Positions 39,250-49,421 of a DNA stretch of 63,058 nucleotides are shown piece after piece. This stretch comes from an uncultured Thiohalophilus sp. (GTDB lineage Bacteria > Pseudomonadota > Gammaproteobacteria > UBA6429 > Thiohalophilaceae). The notes beneath the pieces are model-generated. The model did no database searches, had not been told where the DNA came from, and saw only the letters and a program-made list of their open reading frames with translations. The stretch is from NCBI GenBank assembly GCA_964575555.1, contig CAZNRP010000002.1, positions 1 through 63,058 of the forward strand, written 5' to 3'. The translations under genes and the position numbers were made by a program. Positions within the stretch are counted from its first letter, which is position 1. Every line of letters starts with the position of its first letter.

Positions 39250-40923
39250 TTATCGTTTGCTGATGTAATTAGGAAAGGTGTCTTTATCGATCATAATTTC
39301 AATCAGATTGATGTCATTGTGGAAATCCGTATTGGCGAAGACGCTATCGAGATCAGAGATTTCAGTGATCCTGCTGTAATTAATCGAAAAGGATGCTGCC
39401 AGCGTGGCATAATCGGGGTTAATGAAATCGCAGTTGATGTAACGATCCTGATACTGTTGTGACTGGTTTTTTCGAATTAAGCCCATGGTAGAATTATTAA
39501 ATAGAATAATGTTTAAGGGCAGTTTGTAATTTACCGCCGTCATAATTTCCATGCAGCACATTTGAAAACCGCCATCACCGAGTATGGCAAAGCTGGGTTT
39601 GTGCTCGATAAAGCGTGCGCCGATGGCGGCTGGAATGGATTGGCCTAGTGAGGAGATGCCAGAGTTAGGGTAATAGCGGTTGTGGCTGGAGACATTAAAA
39701 AAATTCTGCGCAAAAATAATATTATCGTCGAAGACCTGAATATTTTCTGGAAAGTCTTTTTCCAGTCGGGAGAAAAAGGCTTCTATTAAGGGGAAGCGGG
39801 ATTGGAACTCGCCTGCATTACGTTCGTTTTGATCTGTTTGTGCGAGGGTTTTCAGGTTTGAAACTAAATTGGAAGATTCTTTTATCGACTCCCCTCGTTC
39901 ACGTATAAGATTTAGCAAATCTAACAATACATCTTTGATGTCTGCATAAATTGCCACATCGGCTTTAAATACTTTTTCCAGTTGTTCCTCATCAATGTCC
40001 ACCTGGACGATGCGCTTGTTCTGCATCAGCTCTTTGTCCCAGAGGTAGCTGGTGCGTTCGTTGAAGCCGGTGCCGAGAAAGATTAGTAGATCGGCTTTTT
40101 CTCGAATGTACTGATAGGCACTGCTGTATGAGGTGACTCCGAGGCTGCCGAGTGAATAGGTCGAGTCTTCACTGATGATACCCTTGCCTTTGAGGCTGGT
40201 GGTCACCGGGATATGCATTAATTCGCTGAGTTCGGCAACGGCATTTTGTGCCTCGGCGCGAATGCAGCCATAGCCGGCAATAATGACGGGATGTTTTGCA
40301 TCTTGCAGATGCTCAAGCATTTGCGTGAGTTGTTGTGATTTAGCCGTTACCGTACTGACTCTTCGTTCAGCTTTAATTTGATCAAGAACCTCATCATTAA
40401 CTATTTCTTTTTGCACATTGAATGGAAAGCTCAGCAGTACGGGCCCGGAATTGGCCGACAATAAAATATTGCTGGTTCGGTTAAGCACATTAGCCAGATA
40501 ATCGGTGCGCTCAACTATTTTGTTATACTTTGTGATGCCTTTAAATAAAGCGTCCTGATCGATACTGCCACCTTCGCCTGAACTTTCCTGCAGCCCGCCT
40601 TTGCCAAAAATATGGGTGGAGGTTTCACCGGTGATCACCAGTAGCGGTTGCTTGTCCGCGTAGGCATTGGCAATGCCGGTAACCAGATTAGTCGCTCCTG
40701 GTCCTGCGGTGGTAATACAGGCCCCGATTTTTCCCGAGGCACGAGCATAGCCCCCGGCCATGAAGGAGGCACCCTGTTCATGCTTGGCTAAAATGGCTTT
40801 GATGTTTGAATCATACAGACTGTCATAGACGGGCAGAATGTGCGCGCCCGGCATACCGAAGATGTATTCGATGCCCAGACGTTCCATATATTTTACGATT
40901 AATTCACTGACTTGTATTTGCAT
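39250..40923 (-). CDS. Thiamine-diphosphate-dependent enzyme, acetolactate synthase large-subunit-like
   Basis: N-terminal PYR domain (GMPGAHILPVYD, catalytic-Glu context KHEQGASFMAGGYA, TTAGPGATNLVTG) and a C-terminal TPP motif (GDGGFQM...NNS). Confidence 0.85.
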   Translation of the reverse strand: MQIQVSELIVKYMERLGIEYIFGMPGAHILPVYDSLYDSNIKAILAKHEQGASFMAGGYARASGKIGACITTAGPGATNLVTGIANAYADKQPLLVITGETSTHIFGKGGLQESSGEGGSIDQDALFKGITKYNKIVERTDYLANVLNRTSNILLSANSGPVLLSFPFNVQKEIVNDEVLDQIKAERRVSTVTAKSQQLTQMLEHLQDAKHPVIIAGYGCIRAEAQNAVAELSELMHIPVTTSLKGKGIISEDSTYSLGSLGVTSYSSAYQYIREKADLLIFLGTGFNERTSYLWDKELMQNKRIVQVDIDEEQLEKVFKADVAIYADIKDVLLDLLNLIRERGESIKESSNLVSNLKTLAQTDQNERNAGEFQSRFPLIEAFFSRLEKDFPENIQVFDDNIIFAQNFFNVSSHNRYYPNSGISSLGQSIPAAIGARFIEHKPSFAILGDGGFQMCCMEIMTAVNYKLPLNIILFNNSTMGLIRKNQSQQYQDRYINCDFINPDYATLAASFSINYSRITEISDLDSVFANTDFHNDINLIEIMIDKDTFPNYISKR

Positions 40924-40985
40924 GTCTAGATATCAATGGTGGGAAGGAATCACATGTTGGCTAGTAATTCATTTAAAAGTATTCT

Positions 40986-41540
40986 CTAAGCAGGACGTTG
41001 TAATGGTGCTTCGACTTGAGCACGCTTTTCCGGCCCCAGTAACTGCTCGATCAGGCATAAGGTAAAATCCATCGCGGTGCCCGGCCCGCGTGAGGTAATG
41101 ATCTGACCGTCAATCACCACGGCCTGTTCGAGGTAGTTCATATTGCTAATATTACTGCCATCCAGACTCCCGGGAAAGCTGGTGGCTTGACGACCATCAA
41201 GCAGACCGGCTTTTGCCAGAACTTTGGGTGCCGCACAAACGGCCGCGATATATTTTTTTTCCGCGTGCATTTTTTTCAACAGAGAGTGAATGCGGGAATC
41301 CTGATTCAGATTATCGGCACCGGGGAGTCCACCGGGGAGGACAATCATGTCATAGTTTTTTTGCATCGCCTGAGTAAGTGTCATGTCGGCTATCAGCACC
41401 ATGCCACGGCTGGCTGTTATCGGTTTTTCGTCGAGCCCGGCGGTGATGACTTCGATACCGGCGCGGCGCAGCAGATCGACGATGGTGACGGCTTCCAGCT
41501 CTTCACAGCCCTGAGCTAGTGGGACGAGGACAGTTGCCAT
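40986..41540 (-). CDS. DJ-1/PfpI family protein (YajL-like)
   Basis: Nucleophile elbow AAVCAAP and an N-terminal LVPLAQGCEELEAV. Confidence 0.85.
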   Translation of the reverse strand: MATVLVPLAQGCEELEAVTIVDLLRRAGIEVITAGLDEKPITASRGMVLIADMTLTQAMQKNYDMIVLPGGLPGADNLNQDSRIHSLLKKMHAEKKYIAAVCAAPKVLAKAGLLDGRQATSFPGSLDGSNISNMNYLEQAVVIDGQIITSRGPGTAMDFTLCLIEQLLGPEKRAQVEAPLQRPA

Positions 41541-42340
41541 CTTTGATGACTCCGGGCTTTGCGAATAGAAATTAAATCTGATACTGGTACTAGTTTAATG
41601 CCCTGCTTTTTCAGGGTGGGCAACCAGGCCTCCAGTACTTTCAAGGTACCTTTATAAGGATGACCAATGGCCAGTGCGGTGCCCTTCTTTTTTGCGCGTG
41701 CGATCAGGGCATCCAGCTGTTGTCTGACAATGTCTTCTTTATCTTTTTCATAGTCGAGAAAAATGTCGCGTTTGGCTCCACGAATGCCCCGCTTCTGTGC
41801 TTCTTGCAGGGCAACGGTTTTGGGGGTGGTACGGCTATCAACAAAATAAAGATCATCACGGAACATGGCGGCCTGCATGGTCCATTTCATTTGCTCTGAA
41901 TGTTTTGTCAGCAGGCTGCCCATGTGATTATTAAATCCGCGTATATGGGGCACGGCATTAATACTTTTACGAAGTTCATTTTTGAATTCTTGTTCATTCA
42001 TAACCTGGGTGAGGCCACCAGGGCCCAGAGATTTACCGCTATCAGCTTCCATTGGCAGATGGAGCATAACCTCTTTATGTTGGGTATTAGCTAATTCAGC
42101 CAGGCGTGGAGAGTATGGAAGGTAGGGCAGGAAGGCATAGGTTAGTGCACCGGGTAATTCAACGGCGCGCTTACCAGAGGCCAGATGATTGCCAAGATCA
42201 TCAATGATAATGCTGATAACGATGTCATCGCTGTGGATGACATCGTCCGTTTGCGGTAGCTCTGCGCTGGCTGCGAATGATGCAAACAGCAGGGTCATTA
42301 TTAGCGTAAGCGGTAATAGCCGGCTATTCAGCTTTTGCAC
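41516..42340 (-). CDS. Divergent polysaccharide deacetylase family protein (YibQ-like)
   Basis: Signal peptide and an IIIDDLG motif. Positioned downstream of envC (after ctpA here); in E. coli yibQ directly follows envC. Confidence 0.8.
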   Translation of the reverse strand: MQKLNSRLLPLTLIMTLLFASFAASAELPQTDDVIHSDDIVISIIIDDLGNHLASGKRAVELPGALTYAFLPYLPYSPRLAELANTQHKEVMLHLPMEADSGKSLGPGGLTQVMNEQEFKNELRKSINAVPHIRGFNNHMGSLLTKHSEQMKWTMQAAMFRDDLYFVDSRTTPKTVALQEAQKRGIRGAKRDIFLDYEKDKEDIVRQQLDALIARAKKKGTALAIGHPYKGTLKVLEAWLPTLKKQGIKLVPVSDLISIRKARSHQRWQLSSSH

Positions 42341-42363
42341 AATAAAGATCTCATTCGCCTGTT

Positions 42364-43707
42364 TTATTTAGCACTTAGTAGATGCAGCCCCTTTAATAGG
42401 TTCAGAGCCTCATAGACTGGGTAGTCATTACTGGCCAGACTGCCTTTATCTTTAGCATCCTTACCCTTTTTGCCCTTCTTATCTTTCTTGCTGTTTTTCT
42501 TAAGGCCATTTTTATCGTTGTCATTTTTCAGATGACCGCTGAGATCAGCTTCGGTCAATTGTTTGAAACCACGATCTTCAATGGCAGCAATTTTCAGGTG
42601 ATCCAGAATAATGTCAGGCTTGATACCTTCAGCCTGAATCGAACGCTTGGAGGGGGTGTAATAACGGGCAGTGGTGAGTTTGATTGCCCGCGTATTACCC
42701 AGCGGCACGACAGTTTGAACTGAGCCCTTACCAAAGGTCTGGAAGCCCATGATCACGGCACGTTTATTATCCTGTAAAGCCCCGGCTACAATTTCTGAGG
42801 CGGAAGCGGAACCGCCGTTGACCAGCACCACCATGGGCACACCGTCGATGTAATCATCAGGTTTTGCCTGACGCACGATACGGTTGCTGGCGGAGCGACC
42901 TTCAACTGAGACAATGACACCCTTTGTGAGGAAAGTGTCAGAAACGGAAATGGCTGAATCCAGCAGGCCACCGGGATTATTGCGCAGATCCAGAATCAGG
43001 CCTTTGAGTTTGCCATCATTTTCTTTTTTCAATTCGGTGATGGCCTTGCGCAGATCTTCACCGGTGCGCTCCTGAAATTGTGAAATGCGGATATAACCAT
43101 AGCCAGCTTCCAGTGGCTTATGTTTGACACTTTTAACGCGGATAATATCGCGTTCGATGGTGATGGTCAGGGGTTTGTCAGCACCTTCGCGGGCAATGGT
43201 TAATTTGATTTCAGAGCCCGGTTTGCCGCGCATTAACTTGACCGCATCATCCAGCCCCATGCCTTTAACTGGTTTGTCATCCAGACGAATGATCAGATCA
43301 CCCGATTCCACTCCCGCACGTTCGGCCGGGGTGTCATCGATAGGTGAGATGACTTTGACAAAGCCGTCTTCCATGCCGACGACAATGCCGAGGCCGCCAA
43401 ACTGGCCACTGGTGCCGACTCGCAATTCATCGAAGGCTTTGGCATCGAGATAAGTGGAGTGCGGGTCGAGGCCGGTCAACATGCCGCGAATGGCATTCTC
43501 CAGCAGCTCGGTATCATCGACATTTTCAACGTAGTTTTCTTTAATTTTGCCAAAAACTTCACTGAGTGCGCGGATGGTTTCCAGCGGTAGCGCACCCTGC
43601 GCGGATGAGGCTTCACGATCTGCAAGCACGCCCCGACCAATCGCCAGCGAGACACCAATAATCAGGCCCAGCATCAGAATAAGAAAATTTTTGTTGAATA
43701 GCTTCAT
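42364..43707 (-). CDS. ctpA: S41 carboxy-terminal processing protease
   Basis: PDZ domain (GDLIIRLDDKPV), the S41 catalytic region (VLVNGGSASASEI) and an N-terminal TM anchor. Confidence 0.9.
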   Translation of the reverse strand: MKLFNKNFLILMLGLIIGVSLAIGRGVLADREASSAQGALPLETIRALSEVFGKIKENYVENVDDTELLENAIRGMLTGLDPHSTYLDAKAFDELRVGTSGQFGGLGIVVGMEDGFVKVISPIDDTPAERAGVESGDLIIRLDDKPVKGMGLDDAVKLMRGKPGSEIKLTIAREGADKPLTITIERDIIRVKSVKHKPLEAGYGYIRISQFQERTGEDLRKAITELKKENDGKLKGLILDLRNNPGGLLDSAISVSDTFLTKGVIVSVEGRSASNRIVRQAKPDDYIDGVPMVVLVNGGSASASEIVAGALQDNKRAVIMGFQTFGKGSVQTVVPLGNTRAIKLTTARYYTPSKRSIQAEGIKPDIILDHLKIAAIEDRGFKQLTEADLSGHLKNDNDKNGLKKNSKKDKKGKKGKDAKDKGSLASNDYPVYEALNLLKGLHLLSAK

Positions 43708-43826
43708 GAATTCAAATCTCCAGGCCGGTGGCCGACCTTAATCTATAATAGTATTTCCATCACTGACTGATACTACAATAAAGTTAAAAAACAGACACTC
43801 TTTTTATATGCAATTGGCAGGATAAA

Positions 43827-45005
43827 TCAACCTCGTCGGGTGCGTTTGCACCAGCGGCTAGGATTCGTTGGCCGACCTTTGTAGCGAATCTCAAAATACA
43901 GACCGCTGCTCTTTTGCCCGCCACTATCCCCCACCTCACCAATCACTTCATTGGCTTCTACCCAGTCACCGGTCTCTTTATACAGGCCCTGGTTGTGGCC
44001 GTAGAGGCTCATATAGCCATCGCCATGATCGATAATTAGCAATAAGCCATAGCCGCGCAACCAGTCAGCATAGGCGACACGGCCATGAGAGATGGCATGG
44101 ACTTCACGTCCTTTTGAGGCCACGATCATCACTCCGTTCCATTTTAATTTGCTTTCTTTGCGGCGTTTTCCGTAAAGTTTTTTAACTTTACCGCGAACCG
44201 GCCAGATCAGTTTGCCCTTGTAGGCACGGAAGGATTTATGATTACCGGTGTCGGCAAAAATATCCGGCAGAACCTTTTTAATGGCATTTAGTAGATCCTG
44301 CAAGCGTTTTTCATCGGCACTCATTTGTGCCAGCTGCTGATCCTTGCTTTTAATTTCTTTATTTAAGCGTGCCAGCACCAGTGCCCGCTCACGGTAGGTT
44401 TTCTCCAGCGATTTTTTCCTGGTCTGTAGAGTGGCACGAGTCTGGCGTAGCTTCTCTGTCTCGGCCTTAATTTTGATGCCGAGACTCTCAATGTTTTCCA
44501 GCACCCGTTGTACTTGCTGGATTTGTTCGCTCCGGACCCGGTTGAAATAATCGTAATAGACCAGGGTGCGGCCAACGAGGGCGGGATCTTCCTGATTAAG
44601 GATTAATTTCAGGTATTCCTGGCGGCCGATCATATACGCTGAGCGTACCTGCCGGGATAAGAGATTTTGCTGGGCGATGAGTTTTTTATCTTCTTTGTGG
44701 CGTTCTTTTTTTAGGCCGATGAGTTTTTTCTTACGGTTTTTTAACTTACGTGAAAGCGTATGCAGGCTGCGTGACTGGCGGCTAATGCGGGTTTCGATCT
44801 TGCTTAGGGTGTGCTGCACTGAATTGTGCAGGCTGCGGGTTTTGCTGAGATCATCACGCAGGGATTGAATTTGTGTGCGTAGTCGAGAAAGCTCCTCAGC
44901 CTTGAGCTGGCGTTCTGATTCACTCAGTGTGTCAGCCTGCAGGCTGCTGCCTGCAAATAGAGACAGAATATTAACCAGCAGCAGACTGACGAGCAGCGGT
45001 TTCAG
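43827..45005 (-). CDS. envC: Murein hydrolase activator EnvC (coiled-coil plus LytM/M23 domain)
   Basis: Long coiled coil then an M23 domain ([16 protein letters not shown]). The ORF is open up to ATG 45155, but that start overlaps gpmI by 154 nt. The signal peptide ([25 protein letters not shown]) begins at a CTG at 45005. The start is uncertain. Confidence 0.8.
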   Translation of the reverse strand: MKPLLVSLLLVNILSLFAGSSLQADTLSESERQLKAEELSRLRTQIQSLRDDLSKTRSLHNSVQHTLSKIETRISRQSRSLHTLSRKLKNRKKKLIGLKKERHKEDKKLIAQQNLLSRQVRSAYMIGRQEYLKLILNQEDPALVGRTLVYYDYFNRVRSEQIQQVQRVLENIESLGIKIKAETEKLRQTRATLQTRKKSLEKTYRERALVLARLNKEIKSKDQQLAQMSADEKRLQDLLNAIKKVLPDIFADTGNHKSFRAYKGKLIWPVRGKVKKLYGKRRKESKLKWNGVMIVASKGREVHAISHGRVAYADWLRGYGLLLIIDHGDGYMSLYGHNQGLYKETGDWVEANEVIGEVGDSGGQKSSGLYFEIRYKGRPTNPSRWCKRTRRG

Positions 45006-46549
45006 TCTTCCAGCTCCAGTAGGGAGTGACCGGACATGGAACCGGGTTTCTCCAGCCCCATGAGATACAGCATTGTCGGGGTGATGTCCGAGAGCGCACC
45101 ACGTGCCTCGAATTTTGCCGGTCGGCCAATATAAATGAGCGGCACTACATTGCATGTGTGGGCCGTATGTGCCTGATGGGTCTCGGAATTCATCATTTTC
45201 TCGGCATTGCCGTGATCGGCGGTGATTAGCATTTCGCCACCGGCCTTGAGTACTGCCTCTTTAACCTGACCGACACAGTGATCTACAAATTCGATGGCTT
45301 TAACTGTGGCTTCAAAATTACCAGTATGGCCCACCATGTCAGGGTTGGCGTAGTTGCAGATAATCACATCGTATTTGCTGCTTTCAATCGCCTCCACCAG
45401 TTTTTCGGTGACTTCTGCTGCACTCATTTCAGGTTTGAGATCGTAGGTCGCTACATCCGGTGAGGGAATCAGGATCCGATCTTCAAAATCAAAGGGTTCT
45501 TCGCGGCCGCCATTAAAAAAGAAGGTTACATGGGCATATTTTTCAGTTTCCGCTATGCGCAGCTGGTGCATTCCCAGCCGGGAGATATATTCCCCAAAAA
45601 CATTACGCAGGCGATCCGGTGGGTAGGCAACCGGTACGTCGTATTCTGAATTGTATTCGGTGAGGCTGACAAACTGGGCAAGTTTGGGAGTGAGTTCACG
45701 TTCGAAAGCATCAAAATCGGCTTCAATGAAGGGTCGGGTAATCTGTCTGGCCCGGTCGGAGCGGAAGTTCATGAACACCAGGACATCGCCATCTTCCATT
45801 TGCACCGGCTGGCTGTTTGCAGGAACGATGGCGGTTGCCTGAACAAACTCGTCATTTTCACCACGTTCATAGGCCTGCTGCAGACCTTCGAGGGCGGTTT
45901 GGGTCTGGAATTTAGCTTTGCCCTGGGTAATTAAATTATAGGCACTTTGAATCCGCGGCCAGCGGTGATCCCGATCCATGGCGTAATAGCGACCGATAAT
46001 GGAAGCAAATTGACCGCCACCGAGGCGGTCAAAGACCGCCTGCATTTTTTCAATGGATTCCTGGGCACTTTTGGGCGCGGTATCCCGGCCATCTAAAAAG
46101 GCGTGCAGATACACTTTTTCCACACCCTGATGGATACCCAGCTCAACCATGGCGTGTATATGTTCTTCGTGGCTATGCACTCCTCCTGGCGACAGCAGGC
46201 CGAGGATGTGCAGGGCCTTACCGTTGTCCCGGGCAAGATCGGCGGCATCTACCAGTGTCTGGTTGCTGAAAAAGGAACCGGTTTTCACCGAGCGACTGAC
46301 CCGGGTAAATTCCTGGTAAACCACTCGGCCGGCACCCAGATTAAGGTGTCCTACCTCGGAATTACCCATTTGCTCGGAGGGTAGACCCACTTCTGCGCCG
46401 GAGCCGTGAACAAAGGAATGCGGGTTGTTTTCCCACATAGAATTCCACACGGGTTTTTTTGCATGTAGAATCGCGTTACCCTCGGGATCTTCGGAATACC
46501 CCCATCCATCAAGGATGAGCAGAACCATTGGTTTAGGAATCAGTGACAT
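45002..46549 (-). CDS. gpmI: 2,3-bisphosphoglycerate-independent phosphoglycerate mutase
   Basis: [21 protein letters not shown] and TADHGNAE motifs. 515 aa. Confidence 0.97.
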   Translation of the reverse strand: MSLIPKPMVLLILDGWGYSEDPEGNAILHAKKPVWNSMWENNPHSFVHGSGAEVGLPSEQMGNSEVGHLNLGAGRVVYQEFTRVSRSVKTGSFFSNQTLVDAADLARDNGKALHILGLLSPGGVHSHEEHIHAMVELGIHQGVEKVYLHAFLDGRDTAPKSAQESIEKMQAVFDRLGGGQFASIIGRYYAMDRDHRWPRIQSAYNLITQGKAKFQTQTALEGLQQAYERGENDEFVQATAIVPANSQPVQMEDGDVLVFMNFRSDRARQITRPFIEADFDAFERELTPKLAQFVSLTEYNSEYDVPVAYPPDRLRNVFGEYISRLGMHQLRIAETEKYAHVTFFFNGGREEPFDFEDRILIPSPDVATYDLKPEMSAAEVTEKLVEAIESSKYDVIICNYANPDMVGHTGNFEATVKAIEFVDHCVGQVKEAVLKAGGEMLITADHGNAEKMMNSETHQAHTAHTCNVVPLIYIGRPAKFEARGALSDITPTMLYLMGLEKPGSMSGHSLLELED

Positions 46550-46824
46550 AGGTGTATTAAGCTGCTAGTAAAATAGTTGTGTGAGTTTGGAATAATTCTA
46601 GAAAAAGGAACCAGATAGAATTCTCCCAAATACCCTTAGGCGAAGCAAATTAGACTGTAAAATGGATTATCGGATAAAAAACGGGTTTTTTATACAAATA
46701 AACCTTCTCAAAGGCACCATTATTGTATAATGTTTTGATAATAAAGGGCAGTATTAAGCTTTATAATGTTTTTCAAATATTTACACTGCTGATGGTGATT
46801 AATGTGTATACCAGAATCGATGCT

Positions 46825-47178
46825 ATGAATGCTGATGAGACAACGACGGCAACGCTCATAACCCGTGATGAGGATATTGATCGTGCTTCACGGTCGCTGA
46901 AAGCCATGTCTCACCCTTTGCGGCTAAAAATACTTTGTACCCTGGGTGATCAGGAAATCAGCGTGCAGGACATAGTGGAAAGCGTGGGTACCTCGCAGAG
47001 TAATATTTCTCAGCACCTTGCCATCCTGCGTGACAAGGGTATCCTCGACTCTCGTAAGGATGCCAATCGGGTTTTCTATCGTGTAGGTGATGAGCGCACC
47101 TTGCGCCTGATTGACATGATGCGACAGGTTTTTTGCACCACTCCCGCCGAATCTGCAGTGGAGACTACACAGGAATAG
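46825..47178 (+). CDS. ArsR/SmtB family regulator, SqrR/BigR-like two-cysteine type
   Basis: Start trimmed to ATG 46825. wHTH (VQDIVESVGTSQSNISQHLAILRDKGIL). Exactly two Cys, in LKILCTL (C38) and QVFCTT (C104). Confidence 0.75.
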   Translation: MNADETTTATLITRDEDIDRASRSLKAMSHPLRLKILCTLGDQEISVQDIVESVGTSQSNISQHLAILRDKGILDSRKDANRVFYRVGDERTLRLIDMMRQVFCTTPAESAVETTQE

Positions 47179-47308
47179 GTACGTCTCCCCATCGGCACAT
47201 CGTGGCGGGTGGTTTATTTTTCTCCAGACCTTGAAACGCCGGTATTTAAGCCCTATTCAGAGCACTGCTTTCTTTTTAATTTTCAATATTTTCTGTAAGG
47301 TAATTCAC

Positions 47309-47530
47309 ATGACTATCGAACGTATCATCCGCATTATGGCGGGCAGCTTTATTCTTATTTCCGTGGCGCTGGGCATGGAAGCCAGCCCCCTTTATCAAAG
47401 CAGTCACTGGCTCTGGTTTACCGCATTTATTGGCTTTAACCTGCTGCAGAGTGGTATCACCCGCTTCTGTCCACCCGAATTGCTGCTCAAAAAGGTGGGT
47501 GTTAAACATTCCGGTTCCTGTGGCGTCTAG
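47309..47530 (+). CDS. DUF2892 (YgaP C-terminal-like) small membrane protein
   Basis: Start trimmed to ATG 47309. MTIERIIRIMAGSFILISVALG...FIGFNLLQSGITRFCP is typical of DUF2892. Confidence 0.7.
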   Translation: MTIERIIRIMAGSFILISVALGMEASPLYQSSHWLWFTAFIGFNLLQSGITRFCPPELLLKKVGVKHSGSCGV

Positions 47531-47569
47531 CCCCAATCTTTCTGCTGTCAAGAACTATCCGGAGACATT

Positions 47570-47995
47570 GTGGATCAGACATTAAATTTTATTTCTAATA
47601 ACCTGCCCTTATTCGGTGCTCTGGTCGTGATTCTGGGGATGCTGGGCTACAACCTGTTTGGCAGTCGTTTGCGCGGTTATAGCAGCGCTTCACCGACGGA
47701 GGCCATTCGCATGATTAATCATGATAGTGCGGTGGTTCTAGATGTGCGTGAAGACGGCGAATACCAGAATGGTCACATTATTAATGCCCTACATATTCCG
47801 CAGGGCCGGGTGAAGGATCGTTTGCAGGAGCTGGATAAACACAAGGACAAGGCGATTATTGTCAGTTGCCGTTCGGGTAGCCGCTCAGGCCAGGTTTGCG
47901 CGCAACTGAAAAAGCAGGGTTTTGAGTCGGTTTATAATCTGGCTGGCGGGGTGATGGCCTGGCAAAGTGCTAGCCTGCCCCTGGTAAAGAAATGA
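47570..47995 (+). CDS. Membrane-anchored single-domain rhodanese (YibN-like)
   Basis: GTG start with GGAGA upstream. One N-terminal TM helix. Active-site loop CRSGSRS. Confidence 0.85.
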   Translation: MDQTLNFISNNLPLFGALVVILGMLGYNLFGSRLRGYSSASPTEAIRMINHDSAVVLDVREDGEYQNGHIINALHIPQGRVKDRLQELDKHKDKAIIVSCRSGSRSGQVCAQLKKQGFESVYNLAGGVMAWQSASLPLVKK

Positions 47996-48075
47996 CCCCG
48001 GTAAAGAAATAACAAAATACACGTAACGATAAAAATAGTTTATGGCTTAATATAGTGCAGCATGAGGTTTTCCCG

Positions 48076-48330
48076 ATGATGAATGTCACCATTTACACCA
48101 CCCGCTTCTGTCCCTATTGCGTTCGCGCCAAATCATTGTTAGACAAGAAAAATGTCAAATATGTGGAAATTGCTGTGGACAGTGATCATGAGCAGCGCAG
48201 AATTATGGAACAACGCAGTCGGCAGACCAGCGTGCCGCAAATTTTCATTGGCGAGCAGCACATTGGCGGCTGTGATGAACTGCATGCCCTTGAAGCGGCT
48301 GGTGAGCTGGATACGAGACTGGCCGGTTAA
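48076..48330 (+). CDS. grxC: Glutaredoxin 3
   Basis: CPYC active site (TTRFCPYCVRAK), TSVPQIFI and GGCDEL. Confidence 0.93.
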   Translation: MMNVTIYTTRFCPYCVRAKSLLDKKNVKYVEIAVDSDHEQRRIMEQRSRQTSVPQIFIGEQHIGGCDELHALEAAGELDTRLAG

Positions 48331-48335
48331 CGCGC

Positions 48336-48770
48336 ATGAGTGACGCACTGCATATTGTCTGTCCGCAATGCGGGGGGATCAACCGGGTTCCGGCTGCCAA
48401 ATTGGCTGACGGGGGTCAATGTGGCAAGTGTCATCAGCCCCTGTTTGCGGGGCTGCCGGTGAACCTGAATGGCGGGAATTTTGCCCGCACGATCAGTAAA
48501 AATGATATTCCGGTATTGGTTGATTTTTGGGCTCCGTGGTGCGGCCCCTGCAAAATGATGGCCCCGGTATTTGCACAGGCCGCACAACAACTGGAGCCTC
48601 GGATTCGACTGGCAAAAGTGGATACCGAAGCCGAGCAGGCACTAGCGGCACAGCATAATATTCGCAGTATTCCTACCCTTGCGATATTTCGTCAGGGGCA
48701 GGAAATTACACGCATGGCCGGTGCGCTGGAACTTTCCGGCCTGATTAACTGGGTAAATCAGCATATATAA
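48336..48770 (+). CDS. trxC: Thioredoxin 2 (zinc-finger N-terminal extension)
   Basis: N-terminal CPQC...CGKC pairs plus a WCGPC active site. Confidence 0.93.
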   Translation: MSDALHIVCPQCGGINRVPAAKLADGGQCGKCHQPLFAGLPVNLNGGNFARTISKNDIPVLVDFWAPWCGPCKMMAPVFAQAAQQLEPRIRLAKVDTEAEQALAAQHNIRSIPTLAIFRQGQEITRMAGALELSGLINWVNQHI

Positions 48771-48935
48771 ACCTGTGTCATGCCCCAGTGAGAGGTTTCT
48801 GGTAATATTCTCGCCACGATAATAATGAATACTTAATGATGCTCTGATCTATTTTTAGTTTTTATTTAGTCAAAAACAGATGCAGAGTTTGCTTAATTTT
48901 TTTCCACTCAACTTACACTAAAAGAAGATATTAAT

Positions 48936-49415
48936 ATGGCTGACACTGACACTGAAACTCAGGGCGCTGCACAGGATTCTGCCCAGCAATTCGCAATCCA
49001 GAAAGTTTATGTAAAAGACTTATCCTTTGAGTCACCGAATGCACCGGGTGTATTCACCGCAGATTTTAAACCTCAGGTAAATGTAGAGTTAAATACCAAC
49101 GGTCAGGGCATTGGTGAAAATGTTTATGAAGTGGTGCTCTCTATTACCGTAACAGTCAAGCAGGATGATAACACGGCCTATCTGGTTGAAGTTCAGCAGG
49201 CCGGTATTTTCAATATTCAGGGCATGCCTGAAGATCAGCTGGCCGGTATGCTGGCCGTATTCTGTCCTTCGATTATTTTTCCGTATGCGCGTGAAGCCAT
49301 TTCGGATGTCGTCACTCGTGGTGGTTTCCCGCAGTTGTTACTGGCTCCGGTTGATTTCAATGCTATGTACACCCAGCATCTGGAACAGCAAAAGCCACAA
49401 CAGGCAACGCACTAA
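48936..49415 (+). CDS. secB: Protein-export chaperone SecB
   Basis: FAIQKVYVKDLSFESPNAP... and CPSIIFPYAREAISD are SecB hallmarks. Precedes gpsA as in E. coli. Confidence 0.95.
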   Translation: MADTDTETQGAAQDSAQQFAIQKVYVKDLSFESPNAPGVFTADFKPQVNVELNTNGQGIGENVYEVVLSITVTVKQDDNTAYLVEVQQAGIFNIQGMPEDQLAGMLAVFCPSIIFPYAREAISDVVTRGGFPQLLLAPVDFNAMYTQHLEQQKPQQATH

Positions 49416-49421
49416 ACGACC

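Noticed and set aside
46650-46680. Possible terminator-like A/T hairpin (ataaaaaacgggttttttat) upstream of the ArsR-like gene
   Set aside because: The stem is almost purely A-T with a 2-3 nt loop. It is not a credible stable hairpin.
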